Positions 19,601-28,497 of a stretch of DNA of 46,404 bases are shown piece after piece. The notes beneath the pieces are model-generated. The model did not search any database. It had not been told where the DNA came from and saw only the letters and a list, made by a program, of their open reading frames with translations. How positions within the stretch are numbered: position 1 is the first letter of the stretch; each line of letters begins with the position of its first letter. This DNA is from an uncultured Verrucomicrobiales bacterium (GTDB lineage: Bacteria > Verrucomicrobiota > Verrucomicrobiia > Verrucomicrobiales > DEV007). The position numbers were made by a program, and so were the translations under genes. The stretch spans positions 1 to 46,404 of the forward strand of contig CALKOM010000058.1 of NCBI GenBank assembly GCA_938091905.1. Reading direction: 5' to 3'.

Positions 19601-22567
19601 GATGGTAATTCCGAGTCGACTTTTCAGGTGACCGAGCCAGGGCAATACCGGATAACTTACATTATCACAGATGCGGCAGGAGATCGATTCGAAGGCTCGA
19701 ATGTGTTCATCGTCGCCGACGACAAATTCACAGGAGCTGACTGTCGATTCAACGCTTTTGAAATTGTCGCGGACAAGGTGATTTATCATCCTGGGGATCG
19801 GGCGAGGCTGAGATTCAATACGGAGACTATAGGACAATCTGTCGCTGTCTTTGTGCGACCCCGTGATGGAGTCTTTGGGAAGGCCGAAGTGATTCGATTG
19901 GGCCAGAAGAGCACGCCCTACGATGTGCTGGTAAAAGCAGATGATGAACCCGGGTTTGTAGTGGAAGCGATTATTCTGAACAATGGTGAGTTCGAGGTGC
20001 ACACAAAAGAGATCTGCGTGACGCCTCCAGAGCCGAACCTTGTGGTGACTCTCGACGGGGTGGAACCAATCTATCGTCCAGGTGCCGAGGCTACGTTTAC
20101 GGTCACTCTAGCGGATTCTCAGGGAGAAGCGGTGGCTGGTGATGTTAGCTTTGTGCTTGCTCCCAAGTCCTCTCGGGCGCGATTCACTGGGGACTCCGAA
20201 CATTTCCTTGCTAAGGAGTTTTGGGATAAGCGCGTGCACTATGAGCCGAGTGTCGAGCATGGCCTCAAGACAAAGTTCCAGAGCTTTTCTAATCCTCCCG
20301 AATTCTCTATGCAGCCTGTGGGAATCTTTGGTTCTGTTCAGGTGGGGGAGGCTGTTCCTCTACAGACGGTTCTGCCCGAGGAAGCTACTGAGGTTGAGGA
20401 GACAGGTATGGGCTATGCTTCCTCTGCAGCTATTCAGCCAACTGTTTGGCAGGCTACTGTGCCTGTCGATGGGGCTGGCAGGGCACAAATATCGGTCCAA
20501 CTACCGGAATCGGACGGGGAGTGGGTCGCTTCAGCCAACGCGGTGACTCGACATGCTCAGGTAGGCCAGTCCAGTCGAGAACTCGTGGTGAAGCGTGCGT
20601 GGTCCGTAGATTTGGATTCTCCTAGTGGTGTGGTTGAAGGAGATCGATTTGTGGTTCGAGCAAGTGTGAGTAATCGTACGGATGCTGCGCTGCAGACGTC
20701 CCTTAAATTGGGAGCCGCTGCTCCACTAGTAATTGCTTCGAGTGAAAATGTTGAGACGCTGGAGGTGGCCTCAGATGCCATCCATGAGGGAAGATGGGAG
20801 CTTGTAGCGAAACAGAGTGCGAAAGAATCAGCGGTCACTCTAGAAGTGGGTGAAGGGGACACGATGGAGCAGCGCAAACGGCCTATTGTAGTTCGTACAC
20901 GTGCGGAACGTGGTGATCGCTGGTGGAACCTGCTTCTCGATGGAGAGACTGAAAGCCCGACGGAAGAACTCGCATTCACCTTGCCGCCAGATTTGGTTGA
21001 AGAGGATACCTATTTGAATATTCGAGCAGGACTCACGATCTTCGATCAGGTCGTGTTTGCTTTCGGGGAGGACGTGTTGGATCGTTGTCTCAGTCAGCCA
21101 TGCGCAGAGGAAATACTGGGACAGGCAGTGCCAGTGTTACGATTCGGAAGTTACTTATGTAGTCTAGACGAGGACTTAAAGGCGGCCATTGCGGACACAC
21201 CAGTGGCTTGGATGATAGAGGAAGGAAGGTTAGAGTTATTTGCTGCGAACGTCTCCGCCGCGCTGTGGTCGCAACAGCATAGTGATGGAGGGTGGGGACG
21301 TGTTTTCGATCAATCGGATGCCTTGAGTACCGCTTCCGTCCTAGAAGGTTTGGCTGACTTAGAGGGCATTAGACATGTGAGTTTTTCAGAGGACCAATTG
21401 AAAGACGGGATCAAGTGGCTGCGGCAGTTCCAATCAGAGCAGACCAAGCTGTTGGTTGTCGGGAAAACGAAGAAATTGGCAGATACCTTGGATGCCTATA
21501 CCTACCTCACGCTTCTTCGTCATGGTTCGGACAGCAGCGCTATGCGTGGCTTTCTCTTCAAAGGATGGAAGAAGCTGACGCCAGTGGGACAAACAATGCT
21601 CGCGCTTGCTTTGCATCGACGTGGTGACCATCAGGATCGAAATACGATCCGCTTTTCCCTGGGAGAAGAACTTGTTAAGAATGAGGCAACTGGGGCGATT
21701 CAACTCAAGCCGAAGAATGAGAAATACTGGTGGAAATGGTATGGCAGTGCTGCGGAACTACAGGCGCGCTACACCGATTTTCTCATTCGGGTAAAAGGAG
21801 ATGCGCCTGTCACTGATGCTGCTGCCAAGCGACTATTGATGACGCGCAAGCGACCAGATTTCTGGGAATCTTCTCGAGATAGTGGGACGGCTTTGATGGC
21901 GTTGTTAGACTATCTTCAGTTGAAGAAGGGATTGCCCAATACACCTGGCGAACGAAAGCTTACACTTTGGCAGGATGATCAGCAGCTTGCCGAATCTACC
22001 CCAAGTGCTGGAGGGATGGCCTTGTCTGTCTCGGGTCACACTCTTGTCAAGCATGTCTCCTCTACATCGTTGACTGGAGAGGAAGCTACTCCCAGTGCGC
22101 CATTGCGCTTGGGCTATCAAGGTCCAGGAACCGCGATCGTACAGGTGCAGGCAACCTTTGTAAGCAGGCCTGCACTGATGGCTGCCGATGAGGGAGACCT
22201 TAAGGTGGTCCGTCGCTATAAGAGAGACGGTGGTGAAGCAACAGTTGAGGCTGGCGAGCTGGTGGCACTTCAAGAGGTTGTCAGTGTCCAGCTCTCGGTC
22301 GCCAGTAATCGCTCTATCGATCAAGCGATACTTACAGATTACATACCGGCTGGTTTCGAATTGTACGGAGATCCTCCAGGTGGTTGGAGTATATTTCCTG
22401 GTGGCCTACGAGTGAGCTTACCGAAGCTCGATGGTGAGCAGGCTTTCCATTACAAAATTCGAGCGGTAACCGAAGGTGAGTTTCATGCGCTGCCTGCTCG
22501 GCTCCAGGCCGCTTACCTGGCGAGGTTGGATGCCAGCTCAGATGAGATGGTGTTCCTCGTTCGTTGA
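16637..22567 (+). CDS. Bacterial alpha-2-macroglobulin family protein (MG2 domains) with degenerate thioester site
   Basis: TDKEIYMPGQ, VDRPYYHVND, ADKVIYHPGD MG-domain motifs; QHSDGGWG; LTDYIPAGFE; YKIRAVTEGEFHALPA. Signal-like N-terminus from ATG 16637. Confidence 0.9.
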   Translation: MTLAVPVPTRFLFVFLLPLVAGWGGELTAQERAGESTNGAPGAVEVPLPATTWIAPSGRSIASQLQEMVSSLDRSKKYDKIESLVERTLSLHPNDWRVVFQGARIYAQLERSGYWINGGFRRGDMDKPPKGARRVHSHRRDHARALQLLDRAIRLASMDGSTIDKASFYWEAAQILIGDKGYVRLYELSDLTKLPTLEFHEPKILDRESVPLSSDGAPQFFVTPLSWEEARNDGERLLWLLSRARVLSDEYEAEAEFIESVYLHKAYLGVQTVTENPAYNPQARRYLDGREETNGIISAVDLLSKTESVAMVGGQVRKIELPEDYNFIARLERISRNPRYRDYGMLALEELAEIFENRRQYGRAAQYWKLLVQQTDGRSMKDSGSDNGKAAPVPSWEEARLNQIVKSWGRFEDVQPVQVGEPLNLAYWYRNGRQVAFTAHRVDVTALVADLLDYLKSDPFPIDPNRISVSKLGLNIVREGGDRYLKEKVSEWSQALEPSDKHWDHRIEVPVPMDVPGAYLVEATIDGGHRSSVLVWINDMAILRRPLEDGLFYYVADKKNGTPVGWAKFTFVGYRLSLVNQRAEPELDVHGEEVPEALRRQYHVLTKEITKWADAKGQLTLDDALLEPDYRWFLLTTAPGDRAAVLGFSDLKPTGLAPRVDGAMVRQVVVTDKEIYMPGQPCHFKGWVRRQDDNSKVLRYSAPADVPVIAALVNARNEVIDDLALTTSAQASFDGSFTLPNDLNEGTYRVVTQCEGGEQEVSIQVAPPALPPMTLHVESEAKQLIRGETWRLKVKAEDAAGKWLAFAPLKYRVVRRPHKPTWNRDLRHEWLYGDRYDFGSPPYRWFRGWKYWGWDWTVTDGVEDTLVLEGDATTSKDGTAFISVPTEAMREEFLVEEDFEIQVRAAEHPSMEQTTASVPVSERSYRVYTKVDRPYYHVNDQVHVKSWARRYDGSTVTGKGQLILYKIKWDPTGKPLESGWKKWMNPGKDGNSESTFQVTEPGQYRITYIITDAAGDRFEGSNVFIVADDKFTGADCRFNAFEIVADKVIYHPGDRARLRFNTETIGQSVAVFVRPRDGVFGKAEVIRLGQKSTPYDVLVKADDEPGFVVEAIILNNGEFEVHTKEICVTPPEPNLVVTLDGVEPIYRPGAEATFTVTLADSQGEAVAGDVSFVLAPKSSRARFTGDSEHFLAKEFWDKRVHYEPSVEHGLKTKFQSFSNPPEFSMQPVGIFGSVQVGEAVPLQTVLPEEATEVEETGMGYASSAAIQPTVWQATVPVDGAGRAQISVQLPESDGEWVASANAVTRHAQVGQSSRELVVKRAWSVDLDSPSGVVEGDRFVVRASVSNRTDAALQTSLKLGAAAPLVIASSENVETLEVASDAIHEGRWELVAKQSAKESAVTLEVGEGDTMEQRKRPIVVRTRAERGDRWWNLLLDGETESPTEELAFTLPPDLVEEDTYLNIRAGLTIFDQVVFAFGEDVLDRCLSQPCAEEILGQAVPVLRFGSYLCSLDEDLKAAIADTPVAWMIEEGRLELFAANVSAALWSQQHSDGGWGRVFDQSDALSTASVLEGLADLEGIRHVSFSEDQLKDGIKWLRQFQSEQTKLLVVGKTKKLADTLDAYTYLTLLRHGSDSSAMRGFLFKGWKKLTPVGQTMLALALHRRGDHQDRNTIRFSLGEELVKNEATGAIQLKPKNEKYWWKWYGSAAELQARYTDFLIRVKGDAPVTDAAAKRLLMTRKRPDFWESSRDSGTALMALLDYLQLKKGLPNTPGERKLTLWQDDQQLAESTPSAGGMALSVSGHTLVKHVSSTSLTGEEATPSAPLRLGYQGPGTAIVQVQATFVSRPALMAADEGDLKVVRRYKRDGGEATVEAGELVALQEVVSVQLSVASNRSIDQAILTDYIPAGFELYGDPPGGWSIFPGGLRVSLPKLDGEQAFHYKIRAVTEGEFHALPARLQAAYLARLDASSDEMVFLVR

Positions 22568-22584
22568 GAACATTCAACGAACAT

Positions 22585-25500
22585 CTAAGCTGCTTCTTCC
22601 GCGCCACTTTCGAACGGGCGCTTGTACCAAGCGCAAACCCGACTCCATTGCTTGCCGAAGTCTTCTCCTAGCAAGAGCGCGCAGGGAATGAGATACAGGG
22701 TAATCAGTGTTGCAAAAAGGACACCGAACCCTAGCGATATGGCCATGGGAATCAAGAACTGAGCCTGTATCGAGTTGTCCATCAGAAGCGGCGCAAGTCC
22801 CACGAAGGTGGTAATTGATGTGAGCATGATAGGGCGGAAGCGGGCACCCCCGGCGGCGCGGACAGACTCACCCAGGCTTAACCCTTCAGCTCGCTTTCGA
22901 TTGACGAAATCGACCATGACAAGAGAGTCATTCACGACGACGCCAGCCATGGCTAGCATACCGAAGACCGAGAGATAGGACGGCGTAACATCCATGATGA
23001 TGTGCCCTAGCAAAGCGCCGATGATGCCAAAGGGCACGGCAACCAAGACATAAATGGGCTGAATCATCGACTTAAATGGAATGGCCAGCAGGGCAAAGAG
23101 CGTGAAGGCGAGGACGATAGAGCCGATGATGGTCTTGCGTTTCGATTCCTCGTGCTCGGCGATGTAGCCACCGAAACCAAAGGAGAGTGACTCATCTTGT
23201 TGCAGTAGCTCCTCGATTTGCGGCGTGATGGCTGTGGCGATGCCAATGATGTCGACGGTTTCATCCGCTGGCTGTGCAAAGATTTCGATCACTTCTGAAC
23301 CGTTCTGACGCTCGATGCGCGACGGAGCTTTGACAAAGGCGACATTGGCGACGCTGGCCAGGGGGACTTCGGTGCCGGTAGGCGTGCGGACTTTGAGATT
23401 GTCAAAAGTGTGCATCGACTCGCGTTCACGGCGTGGGAGCCTGACCATGACGCGAATGTCGTCACGATCTCTCAGGATCCTTTGAGCCTCCTCTCCATAG
23501 AAGGCTTGGCGTACCTGCTGGGCGAGTGATTGCTGGGTGAGACCGACTTCGACAGCCCGCGGTTTCAAAGTGATCTCAAGCTCGTCCATTTCGCGGTTGT
23601 TCGAGGCCCACGCATCGTCGATTCCGTCGTAGGTTTCTAACAAGTCATCAATCTGTTCGGCGATCTCGGCTTTGAGAGGAGAACTCTTGCCTCGCAACTC
23701 GATTTCAATGGCTTCCTCATCTCGAGAATCATCACCGCCGCCGGTCCGTTCACCACGGATGCGTAAGGAGCGTGCCTCCGGCATGGGACCAATGATAGCT
23801 TTCCATCGAGCGGAAATCTCGCTGTTCTTCGGTCCTGGTTCGGTGCGTAGGCTTGGTGGCGTGACTTCGATCCGAGCGCAGCCTTCGTCTTTGTCATAGC
23901 GGCTTCCAATCCAGTGTCCGCCTACCGTGGTCATGACATTCTGGATGAGGGATTCGCCCGTCCCTGGATCGACGAATTCTCTTTTCAGCTGATCAATGGC
24001 TCCGATGACGCGATCCATGTGCTCGGCGGTTTTCTCAATCGTTGTGTCGTGGGGCATGTCGAGGTAAGCCCCGATTTCAAGCCGGTCGACCGTTGGCATA
24101 GAAACGAAACCGAGGCGACCGCCTTGGCAGTATCCGATCATGATCAGAGCCATGGCGACAAAGCCTGCGGTGACGGCATAGCGGTGCTTCACTGCTGCAT
24201 TCAATGAAGGCTGGTAGACTTTGGCCACAAAGGTCTCGAGACCATCGGCGATCCGTTTCTGAAAACGCTCGAAGAAGTTCAGCTTCGTTCTGCCTGTCTT
24301 CAGAAACTTCAGGTGGGCCGGGAGAATGAGTTTGGATTCGATCAGTGAGAAGAGCAGCACGGGCGCGACCACAGGCGGAATCTGTTTGGCAAAGTCGCCC
24401 CATTGGCCATCGAAGAAGAGTAGTGCCATGAAGGCGACGATGGTGGTGAGCACCCCGAATGTCACTGGGACGGCCACTTCCTGCGCGCCTACAATAGACG
24501 CCTCGAGCGGATCCATGCCTGTCTTTAATTTGGAATAGATGTTCTCACCAGTGACAATGGCGTCGTCCACCACGACGCCGACGACAATGATGAAGCCGAA
24601 GAGGCTCATGACATTGGCCGTGATGCCGAAATAGGGCATGAAGAGGACGCCTCCAGCGAAACTGATAGGGATGCCGATCATGACCCAGAAAGCGAGTTGA
24701 GGGCGTAGGAAGAGGCCTAAAAGAATGAATACAAGTGCGCTGCCTTGAATCAGGGACCATGTCAGGGTGCTGAGGCGGCCACGGATAGAAATGGATTCGT
24801 CGTTCCAAGTGTAGATGTTGATCCCTTCGGGGAAGTGAGTGTCTTTGGCTTGGACATACTCTTTCACTTTGTTGGAAATCTCGATGGCGTTCTCATTCCC
24901 GGTACGCATGACTTCGAGGAACATGCAGTTCTCGCCATTGAATCGGGCGATGACGCGTTCTTGACCAAAGCCGTCGTCTACTTTGGCAACGTCTCTCAGG
25001 AGAACCTCTGCCCCATTCGCAGCACGAATGGGTATGTTTCCGAATTCTTCTTGGGTGTAGGCTTGGCCTCGTGTGCGTACGGTCAGGGTGCCACTGTCAC
25101 TGTCAATGGAGCCCGCCGGGAGATCGAGAGAGAAACGGCGGATGGCGTCGGAGATGTCGCGAAACCCGAGGTTGTAGGAATCGAGGACCTCTTGGTTCGC
25201 CTCGACGGAGACTTCGTATTCGCGCGAGCCTTCCATGGACACGCGACTGATGCCATCGATGGCGGTGAGGTCGTCCTGCACCTTCTGGGCAACGCGCCTC
25301 AATTCGTACTCTTCCAAGTTTCCTGTGACTGCGACGGAAAGCACTTCGTGCCAATGTGAGGTATCAGGAATGTAGATCCTGGGTTTCTCGGTTTCGCCAG
25401 GAAAGGTGGTGATGCCATCTACACGGCTTTTCACGTCTTCCAGAATCTCTTTGATGGGGGCATCAGGATCAATATCTATCCAGAGATAACCGTAATCACG

Positions 25501-25752
25501 GCGTCCATAGGCGCTGATATCTTGAATGCCCTCGATGCCTTCGAGTGCTGACTCGATCGGAATGAGAACGGACTGCTCGACGTCCTTGGCTGTCCCACCT
25601 CGGTAGGACATAGTGATTCGGATATTACTGTAGGTCTTCGCTGGCTGGACTTCTAGCGGAATCTTATTAAGCGCTACATATCCGCCTGAGAGGAGAATGG
25701 CCAACATAAGAAAGTTGGCCGCAATGTTATTGTTTGCGAACCAACGGATCAT
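22585..25752 (-). CDS. RND efflux permease (AcrB/AcrD/AcrF family)
   Basis: 1,055 aa with RND topology; VVVDDAIV, VVVNDSLV and ARFRPIMLTS motifs. Confidence 0.96.
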   Translation of the reverse strand: MIRWFANNNIAANFLMLAILLSGGYVALNKIPLEVQPAKTYSNIRITMSYRGGTAKDVEQSVLIPIESALEGIEGIQDISAYGRRDYGYLWIDIDPDAPIKEILEDVKSRVDGITTFPGETEKPRIYIPDTSHWHEVLSVAVTGNLEEYELRRVAQKVQDDLTAIDGISRVSMEGSREYEVSVEANQEVLDSYNLGFRDISDAIRRFSLDLPAGSIDSDSGTLTVRTRGQAYTQEEFGNIPIRAANGAEVLLRDVAKVDDGFGQERVIARFNGENCMFLEVMRTGNENAIEISNKVKEYVQAKDTHFPEGINIYTWNDESISIRGRLSTLTWSLIQGSALVFILLGLFLRPQLAFWVMIGIPISFAGGVLFMPYFGITANVMSLFGFIIVVGVVVDDAIVTGENIYSKLKTGMDPLEASIVGAQEVAVPVTFGVLTTIVAFMALLFFDGQWGDFAKQIPPVVAPVLLFSLIESKLILPAHLKFLKTGRTKLNFFERFQKRIADGLETFVAKVYQPSLNAAVKHRYAVTAGFVAMALIMIGYCQGGRLGFVSMPTVDRLEIGAYLDMPHDTTIEKTAEHMDRVIGAIDQLKREFVDPGTGESLIQNVMTTVGGHWIGSRYDKDEGCARIEVTPPSLRTEPGPKNSEISARWKAIIGPMPEARSLRIRGERTGGGDDSRDEEAIEIELRGKSSPLKAEIAEQIDDLLETYDGIDDAWASNNREMDELEITLKPRAVEVGLTQQSLAQQVRQAFYGEEAQRILRDRDDIRVMVRLPRRERESMHTFDNLKVRTPTGTEVPLASVANVAFVKAPSRIERQNGSEVIEIFAQPADETVDIIGIATAITPQIEELLQQDESLSFGFGGYIAEHEESKRKTIIGSIVLAFTLFALLAIPFKSMIQPIYVLVAVPFGIIGALLGHIIMDVTPSYLSVFGMLAMAGVVVNDSLVMVDFVNRKRAEGLSLGESVRAAGGARFRPIMLTSITTFVGLAPLLMDNSIQAQFLIPMAISLGFGVLFATLITLYLIPCALLLGEDFGKQWSRVCAWYKRPFESGAEEAA

Positions 25753-26972
25753 GTCTCTGTCTTCTTGGGAGTTTCTTTCGTCTGCTCGGACTCTTCAGCG
25801 ACCTTCTCTTGAGAAAGGATCTCCACTCGAGCTTCATCTGGCGTGTATCTCATGCTGCTGGTGGCGAGAAAGGCATTTTCAAAGAGGCCGGGAGAGTGGA
25901 CGATGAAGTGGTCCAAATCTTTCCAGATCGGCTCGATGATCTGGCGGTCCAGTGTCATTTCCTCTTTCATGACGAGATAGATGCGGTCCACCTGTCGAAC
26001 GGCTCGGCGGGGGATGACATAGACTTGCTCGAGCACATGTCCTTTAACAGCTCCGATGACCGGTTGGCCGATGCGAAGGGGGCGTTTGTCAGACTCCCGG
26101 CCGAAGGGATCAGTGATTCGCGCAATGGCAAAGAGCTCTAACGATTGCTCGTCCAATGTCCCTTCTGTCCGAACGATTTCTGCAGTCCATGTGTGAGGAG
26201 AGGTTTCGTCGACGGCATTGCTCAAATCCACTTGGACCGGTGGGTCGGTGCTTTCTTCTGGCAAGTTGAGTTGATCGAGCTCGTGAGCAGAAATGGGAAG
26301 CCGAACTTCAGCATAGTCCGTGGCAAAGATGGTGCCGAGTGAGGTGCCGTTCCCCACAGATTGGCCGATACCAACGGTTCGTAGGCGAACACGACCATTG
26401 AATGGCGCGCGCACTCGCGTCCGGTCGAGATCACGCTGGGCTTGTTCGAGCTGAGCCATTGCGGCTTTAACGGAGGCTTCGGTTTCTCGCAGTTGTGGCA
26501 ATCTCAGAACCAAATCGTTGGGCTCTTCATTGTACCCCAGATCATCCCAATTCAGTCTCGCTTGTTTGGCCCTCGCTTGCTCCTGAGCAAAGGTGGCAGA
26601 AGCACGAGCGACCTGGGCCTCTGCTGCCAGAACAGATGTCTTGTAGTCGGCATCGTCTAGCTCTATCAGAATATCGTTCTTGGAAAAGAAAGCACCGTCT
26701 TCGAAGAGAGGGTTAATTTCTGCGACCTTTCCTGCCACGTCTGCAGTGAGCGTGACTTCGTTGTGCGGCCTTACGATGCCACGCGTCATCACGGTGATTT
26801 GATAGTCCTGAAGAGGGATGTCAGCGACGGTGGTCTTGATGACCCGTGGTGTTGCAGGTGGTCTCTTCTCTTCAGGAGGTTCTTTCGACAGCTGGGTGTA
26901 AGCAAGTGCTCCGATTACCAAGAAGAGTATTGGAGGTGCTGCGCGAACAGCTTTAGACAGAAATGAACTCAT
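25749..26972 (-). CDS. RND periplasmic adaptor (membrane fusion protein)
   Basis: N-terminal TM, VAGKV lipoyl half, coiled coil, VRAPFNGRV; ATGA overlap with the permease. Confidence 0.95.
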   Translation of the reverse strand: MSSFLSKAVRAAPPILFLVIGALAYTQLSKEPPEEKRPPATPRVIKTTVADIPLQDYQITVMTRGIVRPHNEVTLTADVAGKVAEINPLFEDGAFFSKNDILIELDDADYKTSVLAAEAQVARASATFAQEQARAKQARLNWDDLGYNEEPNDLVLRLPQLRETEASVKAAMAQLEQAQRDLDRTRVRAPFNGRVRLRTVGIGQSVGNGTSLGTIFATDYAEVRLPISAHELDQLNLPEESTDPPVQVDLSNAVDETSPHTWTAEIVRTEGTLDEQSLELFAIARITDPFGRESDKRPLRIGQPVIGAVKGHVLEQVYVIPRRAVRQVDRIYLVMKEEMTLDRQIIEPIWKDLDHFIVHSPGLFENAFLATSSMRYTPDEARVEILSQEKVAEESEQTKETPKKTET

Positions 26973-28420
26973 GATCGAGGATTACGTGTCTCGTCGTTGG
27001 ACGGTGTCGGCGTGGAGAAATCACCACCGAGTGCGAGATGGAGATCGATCCGGTTCTGAAGTCGTTGATTGGCGAGGGAGATCATGGAATTTCGCGCGCT
27101 GATGACGCGACGGCGGGCTTCAAGCAGTTCGAGCGGTGAGACAAGTTGTTCCTGGAATCCCCGGTCTGCGAGGTTTTGCGCTTTATTTGCGGTTTCCATC
27201 TCAAGTTTTGTCGTCTTTTCTTGTTCTGCCAGATTTCGGTCACGAGCCAGTGCGGATTCCACTTCACGAAACGCGCGGAGTGAGGTGGAGGCAAAGCTTT
27301 CTATTGAAGCTTCGTTCTGCGCTAGAGCCTGCCGGGCTTGTGCCGTCGGCGCGCCGCCTCGGTAGACGGTTTGGGCTAGGGAAGCGGCTACGTTCCAGGC
27401 GATAGAACGCGGGTCCGCAATGACTTTCAAGAGATCATCACTGGAAGTGGAGCCACCGCCATTTAGACGAATGCTGGGTAGGAGTGCTTTGCGGGAAGCA
27501 TCTGCACGGGCAGCGGATGACCGCAAGCGAGCAGCCGCAGACACAAGATCCGGGCGGCGCATGAGGAGCTCCGAGGGAAGACCAGCCGGTACTTTGTCAG
27601 GTAAGTAAGGCAATTCTGGGCTCCCTTCAATGGAGGCATTTGGATAACGCCCCAACAGCACCTCGAGAGAGCGAGCAGCTTCGTCTTTGGAGAGGCGGCG
27701 ATCTCGGAGGTTTCGTTCGGATGAGGCTACCTCGTTGCGTCCAAAGATCACGTTAAGAGCGGTGGCATCACCGGCCATGAGATTTCTTTCGGTGATTCGA
27801 AAGTTCCGCTCGAACGTCTCTTGCGTCAGCTCAGCAGATTCCACTAACTTTCGTGCCGTGATGAGGTTGCTCCACGCTCTCGCCGTGTTCGCGGCAAGTG
27901 ATAGTCGGGCGCCTCGGAAATCAGCTTGTGTGCTGAGATAGTCGTTGATCGAGGCTTCCTCCAAATTGCGGAGCCGCCCCCAGAGATCGATTTCCCAAGA
28001 GGCGTTGAGCGATAGGCCGTGAATTGAGTTCTGTTCCCAATCACTGAGATCACCATCATCTTCTCGACGAAAGCGCGAACCTGATCGCGAACCTGATCCT
28101 GAGGCCGACACTTCTGGTAACCTATTCGAACGCCCCGTGATGGTGCCCTCGCGAGCTGATCGGAGCCGCGCTGCGGTCGCGCGGAGGTCGTTGTTGTGTT
28201 GCATGGCCTCGTCCACCAACTTATCCAACTCTTTGTCGCGGAACGTCTCCAACCAGCCCGTAGCAATCTTTCCTTCTGTACCCAAACTCGATTGGGCCCA
28301 AAGCGTTGGAAGGTTGATTGGTTCTTCCGCGACACGACTTGGCTTTCCGATCTTTAACGCTGTGCAGCCGGGGAGGATTGCCGTGTAGAGAAAAAGTAGT
28401 GAAAAAGCGCGCAATATCAT
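26969..28420 (-). CDS. RND outer-membrane factor lipoprotein (TolC/NodT family)
   Basis: Lipobox LPGC; SWEIDLWGR, PAGLPSELLMRRPDL, LHLALGG; ATGA overlap with the adaptor gene. Confidence 0.96.
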   Translation of the reverse strand: MILRAFSLLFLYTAILPGCTALKIGKPSRVAEEPINLPTLWAQSSLGTEGKIATGWLETFRDKELDKLVDEAMQHNNDLRATAARLRSAREGTITGRSNRLPEVSASGSGSRSGSRFRREDDGDLSDWEQNSIHGLSLNASWEIDLWGRLRNLEEASINDYLSTQADFRGARLSLAANTARAWSNLITARKLVESAELTQETFERNFRITERNLMAGDATALNVIFGRNEVASSERNLRDRRLSKDEAARSLEVLLGRYPNASIEGSPELPYLPDKVPAGLPSELLMRRPDLVSAAARLRSSAARADASRKALLPSIRLNGGGSTSSDDLLKVIADPRSIAWNVAASLAQTVYRGGAPTAQARQALAQNEASIESFASTSLRAFREVESALARDRNLAEQEKTTKLEMETANKAQNLADRGFQEQLVSPLELLEARRRVISARNSMISLANQRLQNRIDLHLALGGDFSTPTPSNDETRNPRS

Positions 28421-28461
28421 GGGGCAGGAAGTACCTATAAGAGGAACTCATGCCGGAAGCA

Positions 28462-28484
28462 AATGTCGCACGAGGAGCGACATT
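28462..28484 (-). terminator. Hairpin between the Zn-ribbon gene and the RND operon (terminator or operator)
   Basis: AATGTCGC-7 nt-GCGACATT perfect 8-bp inverted repeat, with only a short T-rich tail on the minus strand. Confidence 0.45.
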
Positions 28485-28497
28485 GAATAGGAGCTTT

